Shown piece after piece: positions 1 to 11,169 of a DNA stretch of 64,000 nt. The position numbers and the translations under genes are program-made. The notes under the pieces were generated by a model. It saw only the letters and a program-made list of their open reading frames with translations, had not been told where the DNA came from and ran no database searches. Each line of letters begins with the position of its first letter. The first letter of the stretch is position 1. Location of the stretch: NCBI RefSeq assembly GCF_009914755.1, contig NC_060927.1; one strand, 5' to 3'. The DNA comes from the human T2T-CHM13v2.0 reference genome, Homo sapiens.

Positions 1-63
1 TCATTTCTAAGAATTGCCCAGGCGATACTGATGCTACTGATTTGGAGACCTTGAGGATCACTG
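1..63 (-). mobile_element. MER5-family (hAT-Charlie) MITE end
   Basis: ...ccaggcgatactgatgctactga...ttgaggatcactg resembles the MER5A terminus. Confidence 0.6.
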
Positions 64-409
64 CCCTAAAATATTCTCAGATTAAATTGAGAACGTCTTC
101 CAAGAAGGGCGAAAAATTGCAAAAAAAAAAAAAAAGTAGCAAATAGTTGCCAATGAGAAATATAGAAATATATTTTGAATGAGACTTTACAACTCTTAAT
201 GAGTGCAAGTGAAACACTAATATTTTTGATTGACAGACTGAAATTAAAGATAACAAATATGTTAAAATGTATGGCATGGATTTTATTAAAAAATCCTTTA
301 TTCTAGCCGTAAAATGTGTATATAATTTGTATACATGTAACATATTTCAGTAAAAAATCCATTTTTCTTGTTCTCACTAAATAAATATAATTTTAATATG
401 AAATAAATC

Positions 410-513
410 TGTATATGTTTGTGTTGTGTTTGTGTGTGTGCATATATACATATATACATCCATACACACACACATATTCATATACATCCATATAGACACA
501 TATACATCCATAT
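410..513. repeat. Degenerate TG/TA/CA low-complexity repeat
   Basis: tgtgtgtgtgcatatatacatatatacatccatacacacacac... Confidence 0.85.
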
Positions 514-903
514 AACGAAAATTCAAAGAATATTGATTTGAAGGGGCAATAAATCTGCAAGCTATCTGGAATGCATATGTAATTGATACAACCTTGCCTA
601 GGAGTCCTACTATCTGACCCTGCAGACCTACAGTGCCACACCAAAGTCTGAACTTTGATTAGGTAAAGTCCTGATTAGATGGTCAACAGGTCAACCTTGC
701 AGAAAGCATAAGCTGAGCCCCACCCAACTTAACTTCTTAATTTTACATTCTCCTAGTCATCATCCTCTGACCTTCTGCTCATTTCCTCATGTTCTTTGAC
801 AATGTTGGCATCTAAACAGAGTCCTCTTTCTTTATCTTCCACTGTGTATAACACTTACCTTGAAGACCCACTCTCACCATACACTTTTCTCTAGGCTCTA
901 CTC

Positions 904-1091
904 CAGTGGTTCTCAAAGTATGATCCCCAGGCCAGCAGCGTCAACATCAAATGGGATCGTGTTAGATATTCAAATTCACTGGCCCCACCCTAGACCTATG
1001 GAATCAGAAACTCTGAATATTAGGCCTAGTAATGTGTGTTTTAAAGAGTCTCAGATGATTCTGATGCACATTAAAGTTTGGGACCACGCTG
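904..1091 (+). mobile_element. MER5A DNA transposon MITE
   Basis: cagtggttctcaaagt...ccagcagc...gaatcagaaactctg...gattctgatgcac...aagtttg. Confidence 0.85.
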
Positions 1092-1099
1092 CATGTCAT

Positions 1100-1855
1100 C
1101 ATTCATATCCACTTGCCATCACCCTGTGCACCTACGTGATCAATATCTAAAACTGTTCCTCCTTCAAAATCTTGGAACTCTGGCGTTCTACCCTCGGATA
1201 GAAATCCCTGTTTACTACCTTTTTCCCTCATTAAAATCTGTGGTCCCTGAATGTTGTCCAGTCTCTTCTCGGTCTTTCAACCCCTCCTTTTTTCCTTTCT
1301 TTCCGCTCTAGCCTGGACCACATGGTCAAACAATTAAATTGTATTGTCAGGAGTACCCTCAATTCCCTCAACTCTTTAACTTTTGACCGCAGCTGTCTTG
1401 CCAATGCCATACCGTAAATCAATCCAGCTGCCTGTTTCTCCAGGTTGTTTCTGTGTTGCCAAGTACTGCTAGAGAAAATGACATAGCCACGCTCGCTGGC
1501 TCCATTGCAGATTTATCATATCCAACCTTAGCTGCTTCCTCTCTGCTACTTGGCAATTTTTTTATTCTTCCCCAGTCTACTTCCTTTCCCACCCACAGCA
1601 GATGTTCCACAGTTTTGTAACTTTCCCCATGCCCCTAACCTCACCCTCAACCTCCACATTCATTCACCAAAAGATACAAATCACCCGTCAGACACTCCTT
1701 AAATCTCCTTCCCCTCTACCCAAAAACGGACCCAAATATTTGTGCCCAACCTTTTCTCCTTTCTTTCTTCTAAGAAGAGGTGTCTTGATTTCCTTTCTTT
1801 GGCAAGCCACCCCCTTCTTTTTTCTTTGCTCACACATCCACCAAGATTGTGTCTA
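1100..1855 (+). mobile_element. L2 LINE fragment (degraded ORF2 region)
   Basis: Pyrimidine-rich strand with L2-like motifs (catggtc..., ctagagaaaatgacatagccacgctcgctggctcca). Boundaries approximate. Confidence 0.5.
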
Positions 1856-1934
1856 GCTATTTCATAATTCTGATCATCATTGCTATAAAACTGCATTATT
1901 TGTATTCACTGATCACATTCATTCTCACAATACT

Positions 1935-2386
1935 GTTTTTTAAGTGATAACATGTTTACATAAAATTTACCATTTAAAAATGTTAAGTGTACCATTTAAA
2001 AAATGGTAGTGGTATTAACTACACTCATACTGCCATGCAGCCATCACCACTATGCAAATCCAGAATGTTTTCATCATCCGAAAGTGAAATTCTGTACCCA
2101 TTATACAATAACTCTCCATTATTCCCTCCCCCAGTCCCTGGTAACCACTATTCTACTTTGTCTCTATGAATCTGACTACTCTAAATATCTCCTAGGCGTG
2201 GAGTCATATAACGTTTGTACTTTTGTCTTTACCTTACTCCACTTAGCATAATGTTTTCAAGATCCATCCATGTTGTAGCACATATCAGAATTTCATTCTT
2301 TTTTAGGGCTGAATAATGTTCCACTGCACATATATATTATAATTTGCTTACCTGTTCATCTGTCAATGAAGATTTGGGTTGTTTCC
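1935..2386 (-). mobile_element. L1MB-type 3' end inserted in a MIR
   Basis: ccctggtaaccactattctactttgtctctatgaat...cttagcataatgttttcaagatccatccatgttgtagca. TSD tctcacaa(t/c)act at 1923-1934 and 2387-2398. Confidence 0.85.
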
Positions 2387-2555
2387 TCTCACAACACTTT
2401 TCTGGGTGGCATATATTTTTAACCACATTTTTGGATGAAGACCCTGAGGTTTAGGGAGGTTAAGGAACTTGTTCATATTCACACAGCTGTTATACAAGTG
2501 GAGGAGCTGGATTTGAAACTTCTGGCTTTATATTTCTGGCTTTTCCCACTACATT
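2387..2555 (-). mobile_element. MIR (remainder after L1MB insertion)
   Basis: gatgaagaccctgaggtttagggaggttaaggaacttg...cacacagct...ggatttgaa. Confidence 0.75.
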
Positions 2556-3229
2556 CCTGACTCCATCTCACACACTCCCACTTTGCTGGATTTTCTAATA
2601 CATCCATTTCCTACCCTCGGTTAAGCTTTTCTCTCTCACCAATCACAGTTTTCTAAAATCATGCTCAGTTCTGTCCAACCTCAAAATAATTTGATTTCTC
2701 AGTTTGGATTGCTTCCCAAACTCTCCCATATTTGGCCATTAAAACTCACCAATGATGTCCTAAGTGCTTCTCAACCCTCCTCTTCCTACTTGACACCAGT
2801 CACTTTGTGCCTTCACAATCCAGCGCCAGTGTATTTTTCCAGCTTGAGCTGCTGATCACACCCTTGCTGCACTCTACGCAGAATGCCACAAGCACGCAGA
2901 ACACCTATCCCTCCCAAAGAGTGCATGTCTTCATTCGTCTTCCTATATTCTCCTTAGAAGGTATTCTTTTGCCACCCCTTCTTCTGATACATTTTGTTCA
3001 GGCTTAGGTCAGAAGTTGCCTTTGTGAAGTTTTTCAGGCCATCACAATTCCCATGTGTCTCAGGCAGAATAACCATGTCTTTGTCTGAGCTACCGATATG
3101 GATGCTACTGTCCAGAATTTTATTATCATTATCCAGACATCTGTCAGCTTCCTCCAATATACTGCTCACTCCTTGAAGGTAATCACTATTTTAAATAAAG
3201 TAGAAAATTTATTTATTGGACATTTATTG

Positions 3230-3722
3230 TGAGTTCCTAATAACCTCTTTGCCATCTTTTCCAGTTATATTTGTGGCAACTAGCATCACACAGACAACTT
3301 TGTACCCAGAGAACTCCTTGCCTACAATGGGTACAAAGGGTATCTCTGACTTTCTTCCCCAGAGCTTTTCTGATACCTCAATGAGGGATAACTATGGAAG
3401 CTGAGTTCACATACATGTGCAAATTTGGATATATTAACATCCTACGGTGACACTCATACCCAAAGGGAAATGGGAGCTGGTGGACAAATGCTTCCTTCTT
3501 CTGTGTCTGAGTGGAAGCTTCTGAGACTATTGTCCACAGCAACGCAGAGGAACCCAGTGTTACTGAGCCTAGTTGCCCATATCAGTGATCATCTTGGGGG
3601 CATACCTTTGCTTCCCTCTTGTTAGTCCCACACTCTTTTATTCTTCCTTTGTTTTAAATGAAACACTTACAGTATAGACCCTTGTCTCAGGCTCTGCTTT
3701 ATAAGGAAACTCAAGCAAAGGA
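3230..3722 (+). mobile_element. LTR16-family ERVL solo LTR
   Basis: agggaaatgggagctggtggacaaatgct... and terminus ccttgtctcaggctctgcttt...aactcaagcaaagga. Confidence 0.65.
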
Positions 3723-4099
3723 AACTTACAATCAGAACACCAAAGCTTGGCAAAGCTTTGCCATTTTTAAGCTGTGTACACTTGTGCCACTTGACCTCCT
3801 TGGGTTTCCATTTTTCTCATCCATAAAGATGGGATACCAAGAGGAATCATGCTAAAATTCATAAACCAAAAAAGTATATGTCCTTTGTAAAGTATAACAG
3901 GTGTTAGAAATACTGGAATCATCTCCCTATTGACTATTTTTAAAGGTTTTTAAACGTGTTTCATAGATGTATGGAAATCAAAAGCCAATAAATGTTTTAT
4001 GAATTTAAAAAATAAAAAATGATGTATCATTTAGCCAGAGAAGAGAGTCAACTCCAGACAAAAATATTAATACTGTAAAACTTTAGGAAATCTTTTTAG

Positions 4100-4567
<468 letters not shown>

Positions 4568-5194
4568 TAGAAAATATTTTAAGGAGTACCTCCTGATGCA
4601 AGAAGGGCTCATAGGACAAACCTCACAATTCTGGTACACACTCAAAAAGCACCAGAAAAAAGTGGAAGGAGCTCAGGTTAGGGGATTCTCCTGCTCAATA
4701 TGGCCTGAATCTGCTTTCTCTCAGCCCTCTGGAACAGTAACTGGTCACAGCCAGATCTGGGTACTCAGGGAAGATTCTTGGATCTTGCAGCATCCCTTGC
4801 TCGATAGAGAAAGACAATTCGGAAAACAAAGAGAAATCAGAATTATGGTGAACTATGGTGAAGTAATCCCCTGCTTGGCAACTTGAGTGCTCATTTGTGT
4901 GCATCTAGACAAAAGATGAAATCTTGGGTGTTCGAACATGTGACAGTGATTAAGCATAACTTAGAATGCTTCTTGTTATGTATTTTAATTAAGCAACCTC
5001 ATGACTCCAATTGAGATCCACTTCTTACTAACTGTGTAGTGTCGGGCCAGTTATTTAACTTCACTGAGTCTAATTAAAACAAACAAGCAAAAAGAAGGAG
5101 AATTTTAAAAAATAGATGAAAGGAGATGTAAGGGAAGAAAATGAAAGCAGAGAGGAAGGGAAGAAGGAAGCATGCATCAGCTTGGCTTTTAAAG

Positions 5195-5370
5195 TGAGTC
5201 AGTCCCGGAGTTGAATTTTAGCTCCACCACAAAATTGCTTCTGTGATTTAATAAGTCATTTAACTTCTCTGTAAAATGGGAACATTATATTGAAGATGAG
5301 ATATAAGGTATGTGAAGTGCCTGAAACATAGGAGTTGTGTATAAATGAACATATATTTGCCATCATCATT
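5195..5370 (+). mobile_element. MIR
   Basis: aagtcatttaacttctctgtaaaatggg...gtgaagtgcctgaaacatagg. Confidence 0.7.
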
Positions 5371-5754
5371 GTAAGTGTTACCATCTTATCACCTCCCGGA
5401 ATACAAAAGCGCGATGTGAAAAGCAGAGTCAGACATCCAAAGGACATCACAAGAAGGGCAGTGTAATGGAGTTATTTTTCTCTTTTAAAGTAGCTTTCGG
5501 AAATTACTTTTCTTTTCCCTTTTAAATTAATCTTTGGATGCCTCTGGAGACAGGTGATTTTCGAGAGCTGAGAGAAAGTGAAGCTGATCCATAGTGGATG
5601 GTAATACTCAAGGGATATAGCCTGGTTTGCAAAATGTGTGTCATCAGCAAGATGCTACCTGGTGCAGCACTTTTTAGTTCAAAGGTTGGGTTGCAGATGT
5701 GTGATTTTAAGCAAGCATCGCTGCAGGATACAGTATATATTATAGCCTAAGTGG

Positions 5755-5935
5755 AACTGACCAATAGCCCATCCAGCTAATGCCAGGTCTCTTTCTCAGA
5801 TAATGCCAGATGCTTCAATGGAAAGTATAAAACTCGTCAAATGATCCTTACCATGCTCTACAACACCATAGAGAAAATTTATCCTTGACCTCAGCCAGTC
5901 ATCAAGCTATGCCCAGGAGTATGAGATCTTATAAT
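5755..5935 (-). mobile_element. Possible ancient CR1/L3-class LINE 3' fragment
   Basis: gaccaatagcccatccagc...aatgccagatgcttcaatggaa...gaaaatttatccttgacc...agctatgccc resembles amniote CR1 3' ends recalled from memory. Confidence 0.4.
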
Positions 5936-6159
5936 CCTCATAACAATTTTATCCTTGCTAGTCAAACTGCAGGTGCTGTTAAATATATATTATATATATA
6001 TATAAAGTTAATAAACATATTTCATTTTATTCCTTTAAAAAGCATTCCCTTGTCATTTTAATTGCTGCTACCTGTTGTTACAGTGAAAAGATGTAGTGTT
6101 AATAAGAATGGTATTTAATTCTCCCAAAGTACTTTGTAATTATAAAGATAATTGCCATT

Positions 6160-6360
6160 TCCATGTCTTCTAAATGGTAGACCCTGTGCTAAGCAACTCC
6201 CATATATGAATTCTCATCATAACAGTGCTAGTGGTATTATAGCCCTGTTTTACAAATAAGAGAAGTGAGGTCCAGATCGGTAAATCATTTTGCCCAATTT
6301 CCTACAACTATTAAGTGTCAGAGTTGGATGGGGACTCAGTTCTCTTTGGCTCCAAGGCCA
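6160..6360 (-). mobile_element. MIR
   Basis: ctgtgctaagca...gttttacaaataagagaagtgagg...tgcccaa...ggctccaaggcc. Confidence 0.75.
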
Positions 6361-6444
6361 TCAGAGTGTACTTCCTCTGAAGTGTTTTCAGAGTAGAGAG
6401 AAGACTGAGGACTGATCAGTCAGGATGTTTAAAAGGTAAAGGAA

Positions 6445-6680
6445 GTGGTGGAGAGTTTGAACACGGACTTTGGAATTAGATTATTTAAGTGAGAGCCCTG
6501 ACACTTAGCAGGTGGTCAACCTTGGGGAATTTACTGAATCTCTCCATGTCTTAGTTACTTTATCTATGAAATGGAGATAGTAAACTCTTATGCCTAAGCA
6601 TGCTGGCGATAATCCCTGGTCCCTTACATACATGTCACAGAGAAAACACACTACAAATATTGGTTGTTATTATTATATTC
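6445..6680 (+). mobile_element. MIR
   Basis: ggactttggaattaga...accttggggaatttactgaatctctc...tctatgaaatggagatagtaa. Confidence 0.7.
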
Positions 6681-7264
6681 ATTGTGTTTTGACAGCACAT
6701 AATCATTATATACAGTCATGTAGAAGCTGGCCCATATGAGTGAAACCCAGGCAGTAAATTCAGCTACCATCCAGAGCACTTAAACAAACATTTCCCTCTT
6801 ACACCATTTAATCAATGAATAATAGGCTTTCTGATCCAATCGGCATAACTGTGTATCCACACAACATACCCATATCCATCAGACAGTAGCTCTTTAAAAA
6901 ATTGATCATTGTCCATCAAGCTTCTACAATGCATTTAGAAGGAACTATCCCACAAAATAATGAAACTTAGCTTCTACAAAACAGTGCTTTATTGTGGGGG
7001 AAAATCTACTCCTGAGTCAACCTCCCCATAAATCAGTAGAGCATACAATTACTGGGACCTGAAGGGAGCAAGCACATTACCTCTGAATTGGTTTTCTCTG
7101 GCTGGTAATAAGGAACCTGAAGTTAGTATTTTATTTACCTGTTTGTATCCTGTTAATATTTCTTTGTTTTAATATTATTTAAAAGAAAGGAAAACTACAA
7201 GAATACTTTTAAAAGTAACAGTTTATATATCATTCTCATCAGTGTGTTTGCATATTGTTTAATT

Positions 7265-7430
7265 CAGCAGAAGAGCTTAGGTTAAGTACTTGTTCTCTAA
7301 GAGCAGCCTGCCTAGGTAGAAATCCATTAACTGGCTGTGTGACTTAGGGAGAGGTACTTAGCCTCCTTGTACCTCTGCTTCCTCATCGTTAAAGGGAGGT
7401 AGTAAAAGCTGAAGCTACTTCATGAGATTC
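7265..7430 (+). mobile_element. MIR 5' part (3' part at ~10565-10645)
   Basis: gctgtgtgacttagggagaggtacttagcctccttgtacctctgcttcctcatc. Confidence 0.75.
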
Positions 7431-7715
7431 CTATTCATCGAAAAAAGATTTGAGTGCTTACTTTGGGTGAGATGCTATTCCACATATTGCAGATACAACA
7501 GTGAATAACATAGATTAATTTTCCTGCTCTCAAAAAGCATATAATCACATGAAAAAAAGACAAGAAATCAATATATAATGTAAATAGTGGTAAGTTGAAT
7601 TCTGTCTTTATCTCTGACAATAAAAAGTTTCGTGATTTGTTTTGAGTGTCCTATTTGCCCATGCTGAGCTTTATATTAGTAAAACGAATAAAAGTGATGT
7701 GGAGTAAAGGGTACA
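7431..7715 (-). mobile_element. L2 3' end (continues at ~10408-10560)
   Basis: attcatc...ttgagtgcttact...gatacaacagtgaataa...cctgctctca. Confidence 0.65.
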
Positions 7716-7786
7716 GAATTGTACTGTCTAATATGATAGCCACTAGTCCTATATGGCTATTGAATACTTAAAATGTGGCTGGTCCA

Positions 7787-8832
7787 TTTGTAACTAAGTA
7801 CTCAAAAGCAATTGCAACAAAACCAAAAATGGACAAATGGGACTTAATTAAACTAAAAAGCTTTTGCACAGCAAAAGAAATAATCAACAGAGTAAGCAGA
7901 CAACCTACAGAACGGGAGAAAATATTTGCAAATTATGCCTCTGACAAAGGACTAACATCCAGAATCTACAACAAACTCAAATAACTCAACAAGAAAAAAA
8001 TGAATAGAAAGTGAACAACTGACATAAACAGACATTTCTCAAAAAAGGACATAAAAGCGACCTGAAAACATATGAAAAAATGCTCAATACCATTAATCAT
8101 CACGGAAATGCCAATTAAAACCACAGTGAGATACCATCTTACACCAGTCAGAATGGCTATTATTAAAAAGCAAAAAACCAACAGATATCGTCATGGATAT
8201 GGAAAAAATGGAAAACATACACTGTTGGTGGGAATGTAAATTAGTGCAACCTCTATGGAAAACAGTATGGAGACTTCTCAAAAAAGTAAAGGTAAAACTA
8301 CTATTCAACCCATTAATCCCACTACTTGACTATCTACTCAAAGGAAAAGAAATCATTATGTAAAAAAGACACCTGCACACATATGTTTATTGCAGCACTA
8401 TTCACAATAACAAAGTCATGGAATTAACCTAGGTGTCCATCAACAGATTATTGAATAAAGAAAATGTGCTCTATATATATCATGGAATAACTATTCAGCC
8501 ATAAAAATAACAAAATCATATCTTTTACAGCACCATGATGGGGCTGGAGGCTATTATCCAAAGTGCAATGACTCAGAAACAGAAAATTAAATACAACATG
8601 TTCTTACTTATAATTTGGAGCTAAACAATGAACACAAATACAAAGTCACCATAAAGATAAAGATAATAGACCCTGGGGACTCCAAAAACAAGGAGGCTGA
8701 GAAGGGACTGAGGGTTGAAAAAGTACCTCTTGGGTACAGTGTTCACTACTTGGTTGATGGATACACTAGAATCTCAAACCTCACCATTATGCAATATATC
8801 CATGTAGCAAGCCTGCATATATGCTCCCTCAA
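7787..8832 (+). mobile_element. Old primate L1 (L1PA16-17/L1PB-type), 5'-truncated; tail remnant at 9733-9762
   Basis: ORF2 C-terminal peptide [25 protein letters not shown] and an old-type 3'UTR. Perfect 17-bp TSD aaaatgtggctggtcca at 7770-7786 and 9763-9779. Confidence 0.92.
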
Positions 8833-8834
8833 GC

Positions 8835-9732
8835 AAATATCCAGAATCTACAAAGAACTTAAGCGAATTTCCAAGAAAAAAAACAAACAAACCCATTAAA
8901 AAATGGGCAAAGGATATGAACTGACACTTCTCAAAAGAAGACATTTATGCAGCCAACAAACATAAAAAAAAAAAGTTTATTGTCACTGGTCATTAGAGAA
9001 ATGTAAATCAAAACCACAACGAGATACCATCTCACGCCAGTTAGAATGGCAGTCATTAAAAAGTCAGGAAACAACAGATGCTGGAGAGGCTGTGGAGAAA
9101 TAGGAATGCTTTTACACTGTCGGTGGGAATGAAAATTAGTTCAACCACTGTGGAAGACGCTGTGGCAATTCAAGAATCTAGAACCAGAAAAACCATTTGA
9201 CCCAGCAATCTCATTACTGGGTTTATACCCAAAGGATTATAAATCATTCTACTATAAAGACACATGCACATGTATGTTTATTGTGGCACTGTTCACAATA
9301 GCAAAGACTTGGAACCAACCCAAATGTCCATCAATGATAGACTGGATAAAGAAAATGTGGCACATATACCCCATGGAATACTATGTAGCCATAAAAAAGG
9401 ATGAGTTCATGTCCTTTGCAGGGACGTGGATGAAGCTGGAAACCATCATTCTCAGCAAACTAACACAAGAACAGAAAACCAAACACCGCATGTTCTCACT
9501 CATAAGTGGGAGTTGAACAATGAGAACACATGGACACAGGGAGGGGAACATCACACACCGGGGCCTGTCAGGGGGTGAGGGGCTAGGGGAGGGATAGCAT
9601 TAGGAGAAATACCTAATGTAGATGACAGGTTGATGGGTGCAGCAAACCACCATGGCAAGTGTATACCTATGTAACACACCTGCACATTCTGCACATGTAT
9701 CCCAGAACTTAAAGTATAATAATAAAAAAAAA
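8835..9732 (+). mobile_element. L1PA7-like 3' fragment nested in the older L1's 3' end
   Basis: MFIVALFTIAKTWNQPKCPSMIDWIKKMW...HRMFSLISGS. L1PA 3'UTR ending acttaaagtataataataaaaaa. Confidence 0.92.
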
Positions 9733-10051
9733 TGAAATAAAGTAATTTAAATTAAATACAAAAAAATGTGGCTGGTCCAAAGTGAGATGCATTCTACATG
9801 TAAACAGAGTGTATTTACCAGATGCACTCTAAATGTAAATACAAGAGTTTGAAGACTTAGTATGAAAAAGGGAATATAAAACATTTCATGAATAGCTTAC
9901 ATTGATAATGTTGAAATAATACTTTTGATATATTATTAAGTAAAATACATTATTTAAATTAATTTTCCTTGTTTTGCTTATTTCAAATATGACTACAAGA
10001 AAATTTAAAATTACATATGTGACTTGCATTTGTGGTTCATGTTATGTTTCT

Positions 10052-10368
10052 TTTCCTTTTTTTTTTTTTTTTTTTTTTTTTGAGACAAGAGTCTTGCTCT
10101 GTCGCCCAGGTTGAAGTGCAGTGGTGCGATCTTGGCTCACTACAAAACCCACCTCCTAGGTTCGAGTGATTCTCTTGTCTCGGCCTCCCAAGTAGCTGGG
10201 ATTACAGGTGCATGCCACCATGCCCAGCTAATTTTTGTATTTTTAGTAGAGACAGGGTTTCACCGTGTTGGCCAGGCTGGTCTCAAACTCCTGACTTCAG
10301 GTGATCAAACTCCTGACCTCAGCCTCTCAAAATGTTGGGATTACAGGCATGAGCCACTGCTCTCAGCC
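10052..10368 (-). mobile_element. AluS (Sx/Sz-like)
   Basis: Full dimer with poly-T. TSD atgttatgtttct at 10039-10051 and 10373-10385. Confidence 0.95.
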
Positions 10369-10789
10369 CCCTATGTTATGTTTCTATCAGGTAGCGCAGG
10401 GCTAGAGAATGTCGGGGCCAGGTTGTGGGGGTAAAGGGGTTTAGCATGGTCAAGGAAGACCTCTCAATTAAGGTGATACTGGTATAGGGACCAGAAGGAA
10501 GTGGGGGAGTAAGCCATGTAGGTTTCTAGGGGAAGAAGCACTCCAGACTGAGGGAATAGTCAGAAATAAATGAAATAATTTATGCTAAGCAACTTAAAAG
10601 GCATCTGACACCTAGTAAAGGAGTAAACTTTAGCTCTACTGATTATTCAGCCCCAAAGCCTGGACTTATATAGATAAGCATTTATACCATATGATTAATT
10701 TTTAAAATTAGTTTTTTTCTTTTCCTGAGAATGAACAGCCAGGATTAAGCCATCTTTAGGGATTACAGAAAATCAGCTGGAGATGACAG

Positions 10790-10975
10790 AAGACCTAAGT
10801 ACACTCTGGCTCTGACAAGTTTTGTGACCTTGTGATATTCAGTAACTCACTTGGCCTTTCTGATCCTCATTTACTGGTGTGTAAAACGGTGAAGAAAGAT
10901 AAATAAGAATACCTGTCTTGCTTTCCATAGAGAGGTGTTGTAAGGCTTTTGGAAAGTTATTTAAATTGTATAATG
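10790..10975 (+). mobile_element. MIR
   Basis: tgtgaccttg...gtgtaaaacgg...agaatacctg...gtgttgtaagg. Confidence 0.6.
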
Positions 10976-11169
10976 CAAGAAAATCATGTTGGAATATTTA
11001 AGTGATATGTATTAATGTTAATGTTAATGTCATGATTGAAATGTACAGGTAAGACATCCAAAGCAGTTCCAGTTCATCTCTGTTACAATTTCCTGTAATG
11101 CTTTATGTTGAAAATGATTTCATTCAGATAAAAAATATATCTTAAATAACTGTTGTGAATATTTTTTCT

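Larger units (their letters stand above)
7719..10399 (-). mobile_element. MER33 (hAT-Charlie) split into three pieces (7719-7786, 9780-10051, 10386-10399) by L1 and Alu insertions
   Basis: gtactgtctaatatgatagccactag...aaatgtggctggtcca // gaagacttagtatgaaaa...aaaatttaaaattacatatgtg // ttctatcaggtagcgcag. Confidence 0.85.
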
